Positions 1-10,885 of a DNA stretch of 64,000 bases are shown piece after piece (within the stretch, counting starts at the first letter, position 1; each line of letters opens with the position of its first letter). The notes beneath the pieces were generated by a model. The model was not told the origin of the DNA and did no database searches. It saw only the letters and a list, made by a program, of their open reading frames with translations. The stretch comes from Okamejei kenojei (lineage: Eukaryota), in NCBI GenBank assembly GCA_035221665.1, contig CM069174.1, positions 10,664,001 to 10,728,000 of the forward strand, given 5' to 3'. The position numbers were made by a program, and so were the translations under genes.

Positions 1-181
1 AAACAGCAGGGGGCTTAGGACACAGCCTTGGGGCGTGCCAGTGCTCACGGCTATGGTTTTTGATGTCCTACTGCCCACCCTGACTGTCTGCTGCCGTTGT
101 GATAGAAAGTTCAGAACCCAGTTACATGTGCCAGCATCAACCCCCAATAACTCCAACTTCTCCACCAGCTGCTGCGGAATG
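1..181 (-). mobile_element. LINE reverse transcriptase fragment (Rex1/Babar-like), runs off the window start
   Basis: Minus strand reads IPQQLVEKLELLGVDAGTCNWVLNFLSQRQQTVRVGSRTSKTIAVSTGTPQGCVLSPLLF, containing the RT GxPQGxxLSP motif. Confidence 0.8.
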
Positions 182-194
182 AGTTAAGATGGGT

Positions 195-792
195 GGTATT
201 TGCCACGTGTTCAGGAAGGTTTCCTCAGGCAATGTGTAGAGGGCCCTACAAGGGAGAGGGCAAAGCTTGAACTACTTATAGGAAATTGGGAGGGGTAAGT
301 GACTGAAGTGTCTGTGGCCGGCCCATTTGGCACCAGCGACCACTGTTCTATTAGCTTTAAAATAGTTACGGATAAAGACAGGGCAGGCCCACAAGTTAAA
401 ATTCTAAATTGGGCAAGGCCAAGTTTGATGCTATTACACGGGAATTTGCTAATGTTGATTGGAGAAGGTTGTTTGTGGGCAAAGGAACAACCAGAAAGTG
501 AAATGCTTTTAAAAGTGTGATGACAGGAGTTCAAGGCATGCAAGTTCCTGTTTGAGTGAAGGGCAAGGCAGGTAGGTGGGAGTAAGGAAGCTTGAACAGT
601 GAGAGAAATTGAGGCTCTGGTCTGGAAAAAGGAGGGGACGTGGGACAGGTATAGGCATAAGGGATCAAGCGTATCCCTGGAGGGGTTTCGGGAACCAAGG
701 GGCATACTTAAGAAGGAAATAAGAAGAGCAAAAAGGTAGCTCTGAAGGAAAATTCAAAGAAATGTTGTAAGTACATTAAGGGAAAGAGGGTA
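195..792 (+). mobile_element. Degenerate CR1/HER1-type LINE ORF2 fragment (endonuclease C-terminal region)
   Basis: GFLRQCVEGPTRERAKLELLIGN..VTEVSVAGPFGTSDHCSISFKI (APE SDH motif) with stops and frameshifts. Confidence 0.75.
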
Positions 793-946
793 ACATTTTG
801 TTCCTTGTGTGACGGCGCCAGTGGGATAAATCACTCCTTGTCCCTGTGCAATAAATGAGGAGTTCAGTGGACACACCTACTCCTGTAGAATGTGCTTGAG
901 AGGTTGAATGGCCTCTTCGTGTTCTTGTGCAAAACAACTTACTTTC

Positions 947-3052
947 TAAGGTACACAAAATGCTGGAGAAACTCAGCGGGTGCAGCAGCATCTATGGAGC
1001 GAAGAAGATAGGCAACGTTTCGGGCTGAAACCCTCTTCAGACTGCTGGGGGGAAGAAAGGAAAAAGGAGGAGGAGCCCGAGGGGTGAGGGAGAGGTAGGA
1101 AAGGGAGGAGACAGCAAGGGTTAACAGAATTCGATAATCAACTCGATAATCAAGTTTGCTGATGACACCGTGGTGGTGGGCCTGATCTCAGACAATATGA
1201 GAAGGCCTACCGGGAGGAGGTAGCTGATCTGGCACTCTGGTGTCAGGACAACAGCCTCCTCTTGAACATCAAAAAAACGAAGGAGCTGATCGTGGACTTT
1301 AGGAGGGCACATCATCCGAGGACGTACACACCATTGAGGATATATGGGGATACTGTGGATAGGGTGAACTGTTTTAAATACCTGGGAGTCCACATCTCTG
1401 AGGATATGACATGGACATTGCACGCTGCAGCACTCGTGAGTAAGGCGAGGCAGCGCCTTTACCACCTCAGGCAATTGAGGAAATTCAGAGTGTCTCCGAG
1501 GATCCTCCAGTGCTTCTACTCTGCGGCTGTGGAAAGCGTCTTGTCCGGAAACATTACAATCTGGTTTGGTAATTGCTCTGCCCAGGACAAGAAGGCTCTG
1601 CAGAGAGTAGTGCGTTCGGCCGAACGCACTATGGGAACTTCTCTCGCCCCTCTGCAGGAACTATACATCAGGAGGTGCAACGCCAGAGCCAATAAGATAA
1701 TGGGAGACCCCTTCCACGCCTGCAACGGACGGTTCCAGCTGCTACGGTCAGGCAAACGCCTCCGTTGCCATGCTGTGAGAACGGAGAGGATGAGAAGGAG
1801 TTTCTTCCCAGAGGCCATTCGGACTGTAAACTCCTATCTCACCAGGGACTAACTCTACTAACTTACTGTACCACAATACCGCCCAAAATACTTAATATGG
1901 AAAAGAACATGTGATTCTGTTTGTAGTTTGTTGGTTGTTTGTTTGTTAGTTTTTTGCACAAGATCCGGAGGCACTGCCACTTTTCATTTCACTGCACATC
2001 CCATATGTGTATGTGACGAATAAACTTGACTTGACTAGACTTGAGAGAATTCATGTTCGTGCCAAGAGGATGCAGACTCCCCAAGCAGTATATGAGGTGT
2101 TGTTCCTCCAATTTGCGGTGTTGCTCACTCTGGCCATGGAGGAGGCCCAGGACAGAGAGGTCGGATACGGAATGGGAGGGGGAGTTGAAGTGCTGAGCCA
2201 CCGGGAGGTCGGGTTGGTTATTGCGGACCGAGCGGATGTGTTCGGCGAAACGATCGGCAAGCCTCCGCTTGGTCTCACCGATATAGATCAGCTGGCATCT
2301 AGAGCAGCGGATGCAATAGATGAGGTTGGAGGAGGTGCAGGTGAACCTCTGTCGGACTTGGAAGGACTGCTTGGGTCCCTGAAAGGAGTGGAGGGGGGAG
2401 GTAAAGGGACAAGTGTAGCATCTCTTGCGGTTGCAAGGGAAAGTGCCCGGGGAAGGGGTGGAGCGGGATGGAAGGGAACAATTGACAAGGGAGTTGCGGA
2501 GGGAGCGGTCTTTGCGGAAGGCAGACGGGGGGGAGATGGGAAGATGTGGCGAGTGGTGGGGTCACATTGGAGGTGGCAAAACTGGCGGAGGACTGTGTTG
2601 TATGTGCCGGCTGGTGGGGTGAAGGGTGAGGACCAGGGGGACTCTGCCCTTGTTGCGAGTGGGAGGATGGGGAGAGAGGGCAGTGTTGCGGGGTACGGAG
2701 GAGACCCTGGTGCGAGCCACAACTATAGTGGGGGAGGGGAATCCCCGTTCTCTGAAGAATGAGGACATTTGTGATGCCCTGGTGTGGAACACCTCATCCT
2801 GGGAGCAGATGCGGCGTAGACGGAGGAATTGGGAATAGGGGATGGAGTCCTTACAGGAAGCAGGGTGGGAGGAAGAGTAGTCCAGGTAGCCGAGGGAGTC
2901 AGTGTGTTTATAGTGGATGTCGGTCAGGAGTGTATCCCCTGCGATGGAGATGGTGAGGTCAATGGAATGGTAGGGCAGTGTCGGAAATGGTCCAGGTGTA
3001 TTTGGGTGCCGGATGGAAGTTGGTGGTGAAACGGATGAAGTCAGTATTCCAA
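947..3052 (-). mobile_element. Penelope-like element (5'-truncated, GIY-YIG endonuclease region plus terminal repeat), with a nested Rex1-like LINE
   Basis: Minus strand ~2225-2358 reads VRQRFTCTSSNLIYCIRCSRCQLIYIGETKRRLADRFAEHIRSVR, followed by AQHFNSPSHS..RKLEEQHLIYCLGSLHP. 11-bp TSD aacttactttc at 936-946 and 3053-3063. Confidence 0.85.
1133..2045 (+). mobile_element. Rex1/Babar-like LINE 3' portion (RT C-terminus), nested in the Penelope-like element
   Basis: [52 protein letters not shown]; aataaa plus (cttga)n tail at ~2018-2044; candidate TSD agaattc at 1126-1132 and 2046-2052. Confidence 0.85.
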
Positions 3053-5405
3053 AACTTACTTTCCAAATTCAGTCTACCCTTTATAATTCTGCTTCTGCTT
3101 GTTAAAGGTTATACATATTATAATGTTTGTGCAGTCATTTAAGAATGGGTTAATTGCACAAAACATATGAATTGATGAAAATGGAGTTTGAAAATGGGTA
3201 AAAACACATTTATTTTTTTTGTTAGTTACCATTTGTAATCGGCAGATGGTCAAAATGAATTGTCCTTTATCCCTAGTTCTATACAATTATAGACAATTAC
3301 TAGTGATTGTGATTGAAACTTGCTTTGTCTGGCATTTCATTTTAATGTAAAATGAGCACCGAACACTTGGTAGGAGGAGAGCATTGCAGAGTTGGTGGGG
3401 CCTTCATCTTGCTGTATGGATCTGTGTGCTCGCTCTGGTGAATATAAATGATCCCACATCTGCTACTTTGAAGCTGACACCCTGACCATCATTCATCCCT
3501 TAGTCAACATTAGTCAAAACCAAGATAGGTCGTCTATTTGAATGCCGACTTTTTGTAGCACGACAAGTAGGGTAGACAAAATATCTGGTCTCCATAATGA
3601 ATGTGGTGGGACTGCAGTAGGTTCAGAGGTGGTCTAACCGTGTGGCCCTACCCAATTTTGGCCAATTGGTCTTGCCAGGGATAGCTCTTCAGGAACTCTA
3701 TTGATGGGTATGAAGAAATGGGAGGAGATGGGCTGTAATTGATTTATCCGTGCATGGGTTTAGAGGGATGGAAAGGCCCTCAATTAAGCTTATCTCCACG
3801 GATTTTTCAAGATCCTGATTAACAATAGGTTGCAGGATGTTGAAGATCTGGCTTGGGTGCATTCTAAATGAGGGGAAAAAAAGGATCTATGGTGTGGCAC
3901 GGTCAGAAGTGTTTGGAGGTGGCAATGGCATAGGACAGGGAGAAAGGTGGTTGACTAACATAATGTGTCTCCCAAGAGGTTGCCAGTCACTCAGGTGTTG
4001 TAAAAAGTCCAAGGAGTGAGCGGATAGCACAGAGAAGATGAAATGGACCTCAGGACCCTCATGCCAGCCGGGAGATGGAGCTGTCCGCAAACCAACTCAG
4101 AGTGACTTGAGACTGATACTTTTTTATTGTCCACACTTTGGAGTTATTTGGCCTTTAAAGCAATTAATCTGTTTATTAGCTTGTGGGAAGGGCAAACAAG
4201 CCAAGGAAATAAGTAGTCAGACACTGAACAGGGTAGTAGAGCAGAAGGATTTTGGGGTATATGGATAAGATAATTAAGAAGCCACAAATACTTGCTCCAA
4301 TCAGTCAAGGCATAGAATACAATAGGGGCGAAGCCATGTTAGAACTGTGTAAAACATTCCATTTCCTTAGTCTGCCCCTTGAGGGTCAAGCGTGACTTGC
4401 TTGCATTCCAGTTCTGTGGGTTCTGAGACGGCTGATAAGACCAATCTAGGACCCACATACTCTGACAGAGGTGGGGGAAGAAGGTACTTGACAGGGCAGT
4501 TGGATGGGGTGGTTTGGGAAATGATGCACTCCATGTTCATTCTTGACACATAGACTCAAGGTTCTTAATGCCATCCCAAACACTCCTCCATTTTGAGTGG
4601 TCTCGGGCCAGGGATTCCCAGTGCACTTTTGCAAGGATCTTTCAGAAGACTCCCACCTCAACATTCTGGGCTGGATTCAAAGGCATGGTCTGAGTATAAA
4701 TGCAGAGAATTGGAAAGTGGTACACATTAGCAGAACAGATGAGAGAGAGACGATAAAATATCAATCAAGCAGTTTGAAAAGTTGTGCAGCAACAAAGGGG
4801 CATTATATAATATTTTGTAAGTGGCAAGCTGTGCTGATAGAGTGGTGAGTAAAGAATACAGGATCTTGGGTTTCACATTCCGATAATACAAAAGCAAAGT
4901 TTTTATAAACCACTACTTAAGGCACATTGGCCTTTTCTATGTTGGAATATTGGCCTAGTCCCATGTATTAAGCTTGAGCCGCATAATCTCTTGCTGTATA
5001 AACAGTTAGAATGACAACAATTTTGTTCCTCATGTGACGGCGCCAGTGGGATAAATCACTCCTTGTTCCTGTGCAAGAAAAGAGAGGAGTTCAGTGGATA
5101 CTCCTACTCCTGTATAATGAGCTTGAGAGGTTGAATGGCCTCTTTGGGTTTTTTTTGTGCAAAACAACTTACCTTCCCAATTCAGTCTACCCTTTTCTCA
5201 CTCTGCTTCTGCTTGTCAAGGGTTTAACACAGTAATGTTTTGCAGTCATTTAAGAATGGGTTAATTGTACAAAGCACATAATTGGATGAAAATTGAGTTA
5301 CATGGGATGAAAATGCTTAAAAGATCCAATTTAGGATTCAATTGATTTTGTTGTTATTCACTATTTGCAATTTGCAGAAAATCAAAATGAATTGTCTGTT
5401 ATCCC

Positions 5406-5512
5406 TATGTGTAGGAAGGAACTGCAAATGCTGGTCTTGACCCGAAACATTACCCATTCCTTCTCTCCAGAGATGCTGCCTGTCCCGCTGAGTTACTCCA
5501 GCACTTTGTCAC
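5406..5512. mobile_element. Short Penelope-terminal-derived insertion
   Basis: gaaggaactgca..gatgctgcctgtcccgctgagttactccagca family sequence; 13-bp TSD tgtctgttatccc at 5393-5405 and 5513-5525; absent from duplicate copy A (~3260). Confidence 0.8.
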
Positions 5513-5630
5513 TGTCTGTTATCCCCAGTTCTATATAATTATAGACAATTATTGGTGATTGCGACGGGCAAAGTTTGAAACTTCCTTTGTCGGCACTTCA
5601 TTTTAATGTAAACTCTGAGCACCAAACACT

Positions 5631-5980
5631 GTTTTAGTTTAGTTTAGTTTATTGTCACGTGCACTCAGGTACAGTGAAAAGCTTTTTGTTGCGTGCTATC
5701 CAGTCTGCGAAAGGACTATACATGATTACAATCGAGGTGTCCACATTGTAGAGATAAAAGATAAAGGGAATAACATTTAATGCAAGATAAAGTAGAGTAA
5801 TGTTCGTTCCAAGAGACTCCAATAAGGTAGACAGTAGCTCAGGACCACTCTCCAGTTGGTGATGGGATGGTTCAGTTGCCTGATAACAGCTGGAAAAAAA
5901 CTGTTCCTGAATATGGAGGTATGAATTTTCACACTTCTGTACCTCCTGCCTGATGGGAGAGGGGAGAAGAGGGAATGTCC
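5631..5980 (-). mobile_element. Rex1/Babar-like LINE 3' end with (aaact)n tail
   Basis: Minus strand PLPSGRRYRSVKIHTSIFRNSFFPAVIRQLN; ttagt repeats at 5634-5650. Confidence 0.75.
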
Positions 5981-6724
5981 AGGATGAATTGCAGCTTGGG
6001 ACCCTCATACCAGCCGAGAGTTGGAGCTGGCCGCAAACCAACTACAAGAGACTTGGCTAAACTGGTAATTTTTTGTTAAGTCCACACTTTGGAATTATTT
6101 GTCCTTTGCAATTAATTGATTTATTAGCTTGTGCGAAGGACAAACAAGCCAGGGAAATAAGTAGTCGGACACCGAATAGTGTAGAAGCGCAGAAGGATTT
6201 TGGAGTGAGACACAAAATGCTGGAGTAACTCAGCGGAACAGACAAGGATTTTGGAATGAATGGATAAGGTAATTAAAGGCCACAAATAAATACTGGTTCT
6301 TATCAGTCGAGGCATAGAATACAATAGTGGGGAAGCCATGTTAGAACTGTGTAAAATATTCCCATATATAAAATTGAGAGCTGAAAAGCCTTAATTACTC
6401 TTTTTGACCAACGTGAATAAAATGGGTTGAATGGTATCCGGTGATGATAGCTGGAGCAGTGTGTGGCTAGAAACCCAAAGGCCCCTTGTCAGAGGCTGAG
6501 AGAGACCGAGTAATCATTTTTAATGAGGAACTTCATTCTGAGGGGAGTGCAGGCTACACAACATTTGTGTACGTTTGACCTCGGTCTGTATGGCTCGGTT
6601 GTTCCAAGTACTGTTTTTGTGGTTCCGTTTCATATCAAGTGAGAGGTGGCTTCAGAACAGTATTTCCGTACTCTTATTATCTAATAGTACAAAAGTTTGG
6701 TTTTAAATCCACAGACCAGTTTTG

Positions 6725-6895
6725 TTTTCAAGAGAGAGGTACATTTAGCTCTTGGGGCTAAGGGAATCAAGGGATATGGGGAAAAAGCCGGAACGGGGCA
6801 CTGATTTTGAATGATCAGCCAAGATCACATTGCATGGTGGTGCTGGCTGGAAGGGCCGAATGGCCTACTCCTGCACCTATTTTCTATGTTTCTAT
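6725..6895 (+). mobile_element. HER1/CR1 LINE 3' end
   Basis: gggccgaatggcctactcctgcacctattttctatgtttctat tail typical of this family; recurs at 62035-62080. Confidence 0.7.
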
Positions 6896-8099
6896 CCCAT
6901 GCCCAGCCCTTGGCTTTAGTTTACTAAAGTTGAAGTCAGTACTCTTGTGCAGTGCTGAGATAGTGCTGCACTGTTTGCTTTTACTATACACACATAAACT
7001 CAAACCCACCACCATAATACAAAATAAACAAATATTCTTAAATATTAAATTATTATTTCCATACCCTTATTGAGGATACATTCCACCCCCCGCGGTGCCC
7101 AGCGGTCCCGGAAATCCCCCAGGGCGCCCATGGACAGCGCGTAGTCCCTTTCTATTACCACCCGGGTGCAGACGTAACCCCGGAAAAGGGGCAGGCAGCC
7201 GGCGCAAGTGCTACACTAAGATCACTAAGGCGGCTTTTAACCTTCCCTCCATTGTTTCTGGGATCTCGCTGTGCAGAAGCAGGCTGCCCCGTTTTCGCAT
7301 TCCAAAAGCGTTGGCGTTTTGTAGCGTGCGGACGTGCGGGGCATTTTGATGTGACCCGAGGGTGTGAATGATGCTACAGAAATGCTAGTCTGCCTTTCTA
7401 TAAGCAGATGAGCAGAGTGTGGATGAATAGCTCACTCTAGATGCTTCTGGAGAAACTAAGGGTTGGCAGTCAGTTTTATTATGTTGTCACTACCCTTTTA
7501 AATGATTGTTTAATTATGGTTGGTTTGGGATTAGGGCAGACAATCTAGATAAGCCCAATGGAAAGCTCGGGTGCATTTCAGTGCCCCCTTCTTTATCACT
7601 CGTCAAACTCCGCACTCAACCGCTGCCCAGAAATGTGATGCTGCGTGTAATGTGGAGTGTTTGATGGCATCAGACGGGACCGCAATGTATGCCATCCTTG
7701 ATTAGCCAGACAGCCCTCATTGTCTGCACCGACACATGAAGAGTGCCTGTTTTGCATTTGATCCCAGTGGAGGTGGGTGGGTAGTGAGGAGAATAAATCG
7801 CACCAAAAAAGATCAAGATAAGTGTGTTGCTCGGTGTGATCTCATCCAAAGAGTATTTTTTAATGTAGTGTGAGAATAACAAGGCTGGAATGATTCAGGA
7901 TCCCTGTGGGGTTGTCATCTGTAATTGTGCCATCTAGAATGGATAATAATAGACTCGATGTACGTGTGGGCTGTGTTATCACAGTCGATGTGGATCAGTG
8001 TGCTCCGAGACATGTTGGAGATGACAGGAGCAACACGGTTCAGCTCCACCTCAGGAAACAAAAGTGGAATCTGCACCATTCAGTTAGTTGGTGTGTATC

Positions 8100-8480
8100 A
8101 GTGTGCCTCCCTGTGCAGCACTCCTCCTTGAGTCGGAAGGTTGCGGGTTCAAGTCCCACTCCAGAGACCTGAGCTTCATTGTACAGGGCTGAGGGAATGC
8201 TGTGCTGCTGGAGGGGAATGGCTGCACCGTTGGAGCAGTTGTTTTTCAGAATGAGCCATTAAACATATCTTCCTTCTCAGATGGGGATTAATGATCCTCT
8301 GGCTGCTATTTGAAATGAACAAGAGAATTCTCTTTGGTCCTCTTTCACAATCTTGTTTTGAAAAGAAACAGATTATCAGGTCATTTTCTCACTGCTGTTT
8401 GTGGGAGCTTGCTGGGTCCAAATTGGCTGCCACGTTTCTCAGATTGCACCCGTGACTGAGTTTCAGTGAGGCATCATTGA
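8100..8480 (+). mobile_element. Old tRNA-derived SINE (SacSINE/Deu-domain-like)
   Basis: B-box ggttcaagtcccac and 3' motif aaattggctgccacgtttc; similar tails near 13500, 14590, 18160, 28420 and on minus near 25200 and 50900. Confidence 0.55.
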
Positions 8481-8616
8481 CGGGCTGTGAAAGGTGAGCA
8501 GTGATTGTGACTCATTACATTGCTGTGTGTGGCGCAGATAAGGAGGCCGTCGCTTCTCCCTGCCCCCAAAGCGTGTGTGTGACCTGCTGTTTATTGTGTC
8601 TGCCTTTGTTTTGCAG

Positions 8617-8772
8617 GGTGATCTGCTGAGCCCCTGTCGCTGTGATGGCTCTGTGCGTTGCACCCACCAGCCGTGCCTAATCCGCTGGATCAGCGAGCGA
8701 GGCTCATGGAGCTGCGAGCTCTGCTACTTTAAGTACCAGGTCTTGGCCATCAGCACCAAGAACCCCCTGCAG
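8617..8772 (+). CDS. MARCHF9: E3 ubiquitin ligase MARCHF9, internal exon (RING-CH domain)
   Basis: ttgcag|[52 protein letters not shown]|gtcagt; 156 bp, phase 0/0; CYFKYQVLA is MARCHF9-type rather than MARCHF4-type. Confidence 0.95.
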
Positions 8773-9749
8773 GTCAGTCTCCGGTGCTCACTGGCATGCT
8801 GGAAGTAGGGCAAAAGAAACGGGTCTTTGACGCATTTCTTGTGTGGCGAAAGTTGTTTCCAGCGGCCTCTCCATGACAGATCACGGCTTGAGTAGGGGTA
8901 CATCCCATTTTACTGCACTTCATGTGCGGTGACCAACAGCATTACGGACCAAAGTTGGGATAGGGGACTAGTCTCAACAGTTCCTTCGTCCTGATGGCTG
9001 AATGGCCTCCTCCTGTGCCATCAGTGTCTGTGCACTACAGCCCCAGACGACAGCTTCAATCCTGATGGAGCTACCCCTTTATGTTCCAGTGCTACTACTC
9101 CCTGAACCCTTTCTCACCCCCCACCCCACGCATGGCAAGTAGTAACCTAATATCCATGGCTCTTCTGCGCATGCTGATGAAAGGTGCTGATGGTAATGGG
9201 AAGAACTACGGAGCGAAAGGAAGGAGGTGGGGTGGGGGTGAGGGGGCGGTCAGGGTTTACCAGCATTAGCTCCTGTATTTGAGCAGCATCAGGTGGGAGC
9301 TGCTTGCAGGCTGCGGCATCTCCCGGTCAGAAAGATAGGAATGAGATGAAGGAAGTGGGGAGGGAACCCGTTCCCCAGCCTCAACTACCTTTTACTGTCT
9401 GCTGACTGCAGTTCTGGCAGCGGATCGGTGGTATACTACCACAGCAGCTGTTGAAGAGCATGAACATTTTGTTTTTAAGTTGGGAAAGGGGGATGCAGGG
9501 CAATTACTAAAATGCCCCTGAAAAGTCAAAAGATTGCCACGCATTGGAGTTCCAGCACATTGTGCCACCGAGCCACAAACCTGTCATTAACAAACTCAGT
9601 GCCCGAGCCATGCTCTCTGCCAACAACGCACTAATGCAGCACACCAGCACTGTAAATAAAGATAACTCTATTCAACTCTCTCTTTCTCGCTTACATTTTG
9701 GGGAAATACAGTATGATCTTGGGAAATTTTCTGGTAGTTGTATTACTAT

Positions 9750-9945
9750 GTCATAGTCGCAGCAGGTTGCGGAAAATGTTCAACATGTTGAAAATCCAGC
9801 GGTGACCAGAAAAAGGTATGACTCTTTGAGCGATTACTCACCACCAAAAAGGCTTCACCCCAAAACATGTTGAAATTTTTCGGCAACCTGCTGTGACTAT
9901 GACGGGTGCCGGCAAGTCGCCGAAAAATATCGTGCAAGTGGCCCT
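9750..9945. mobile_element. Palindromic MITE remnant (possibly Harbinger-like)
   Basis: Inverted arms gtcatagtcgcagcaggttgcggaaaatgttcaacatgtt (9750-9789) and aacatgttgaaatttttcggcaacctgctgtgactatgac (~9864-9903); terminal aagtggccct followed by tta. Confidence 0.55.
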
Positions 9946-10564
9946 TTAATTTCACAAACAAGTTTTTTGCTGTTCAAAACAATCTGCCGAGAATGTGACA
10001 CTGCCTCATAGACCTGAGACCGGGTACAGTGGGGTATCTTCCACAGTGCATGCATGAATTACAGCTTCCGGCCCACACCCACAGCGGAGTGCGGTGTGAA
10101 CTCCAAAAGTTTCAACATTCGTTCCTAGAAAACCGCTTGCATGTGATTGGAAAGAGAGGAGGGAAGTGGTGGGATGCAGAGTGTGAGAGAGATTAGATAG
10201 AAAAAGAGAGGGGAGAGGGCTTCTGACTGTCCAAAAAGATGGAGAGGGCTTCTGACTGTCAATCGATGCCAGCGTCTTGTTAGTGAACAGGCAAACCTGC
10301 CCTGCATTGGCAACATAGCTGTGCTGCGAATGTTGGCAAAGATTTGCTGTTGATGAACTGCAACATAGACAAAGTAACAGTCAGATGAGAGGGATTCAAG
10401 GAATACTAAGTGTGCCTAGTCTGCAGAGAACATTTCATCTGTTCCCAGTTATTAACTTTGTTTTTCTAACCACCCCACCAGGGGACCTCAAGTGCAATTT
10501 CACAGGCATCAGCTGCCCTTAGGTACTTGGCCTGCTTGCTCACTCTTTATGGATAGTGCAGTGG

Positions 10565-10885
10565 ATCAGTGGGTAGCCCTGCTGCCACACAGCTTCAGAG
10601 ACCCAGGATCAATCTGACCTGTCTGTGTGGAGTTTGCAGTGTCCCTGTGACCAAATCGTTTCCCCCCGGGTGCTCTGGTTTCCTCCCACATCCCAAAGAT
10701 ATGCTGATTTGTCGGTTAAGTAGCTGTGCTGAATTTCCCCAAGAGCGTATGTGAGGGGTAGAATCTTGGGGTGGGTGACGGGGTGGGGGGAGAATATATT
10801 GTGATTAGTATAGGATTAGTATAAATGGATGCTTGATGGGTGGTGCGGACTCAGTGGGCCGAATGGCCAAATTCCATTCTGTTTA
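10565..10885 (+). mobile_element. Diverged HE1-like (V-SINE) element
   Basis: gctgccacacagc..gagaccc..tgtgtggagtttgca..ggtttcctcccacatcccaaaga..gggccgaatggcc. Confidence 0.6.

Larger units (their letters stand above)
794..6364 (+). repeat. Diverged local direct duplication (copy A 794-946 + 3053-3368 + 4038-4360; copy B 5020-5630 + 5983-6364)
   Basis: Co-linear shared blocks, e.g. gtgacggcgccagtgggataaatcactccttg, gcagtcatttaagaatgggttaattg, gaagccatgttagaactgtgtaaaa. Confidence 0.85.

Noticed and set aside
2007-2762. 251-aa + strand ORF, the longest in the track
   Set aside because: It is the antisense shadow of the Penelope GIY-YIG coding region and shows no independent protein motifs
1-8616. 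Search for MARCHF9 exon 1
   Set aside because: No CRICFQG-type peptide with a donor site was found; exon 1 presumably lies upstream of the window
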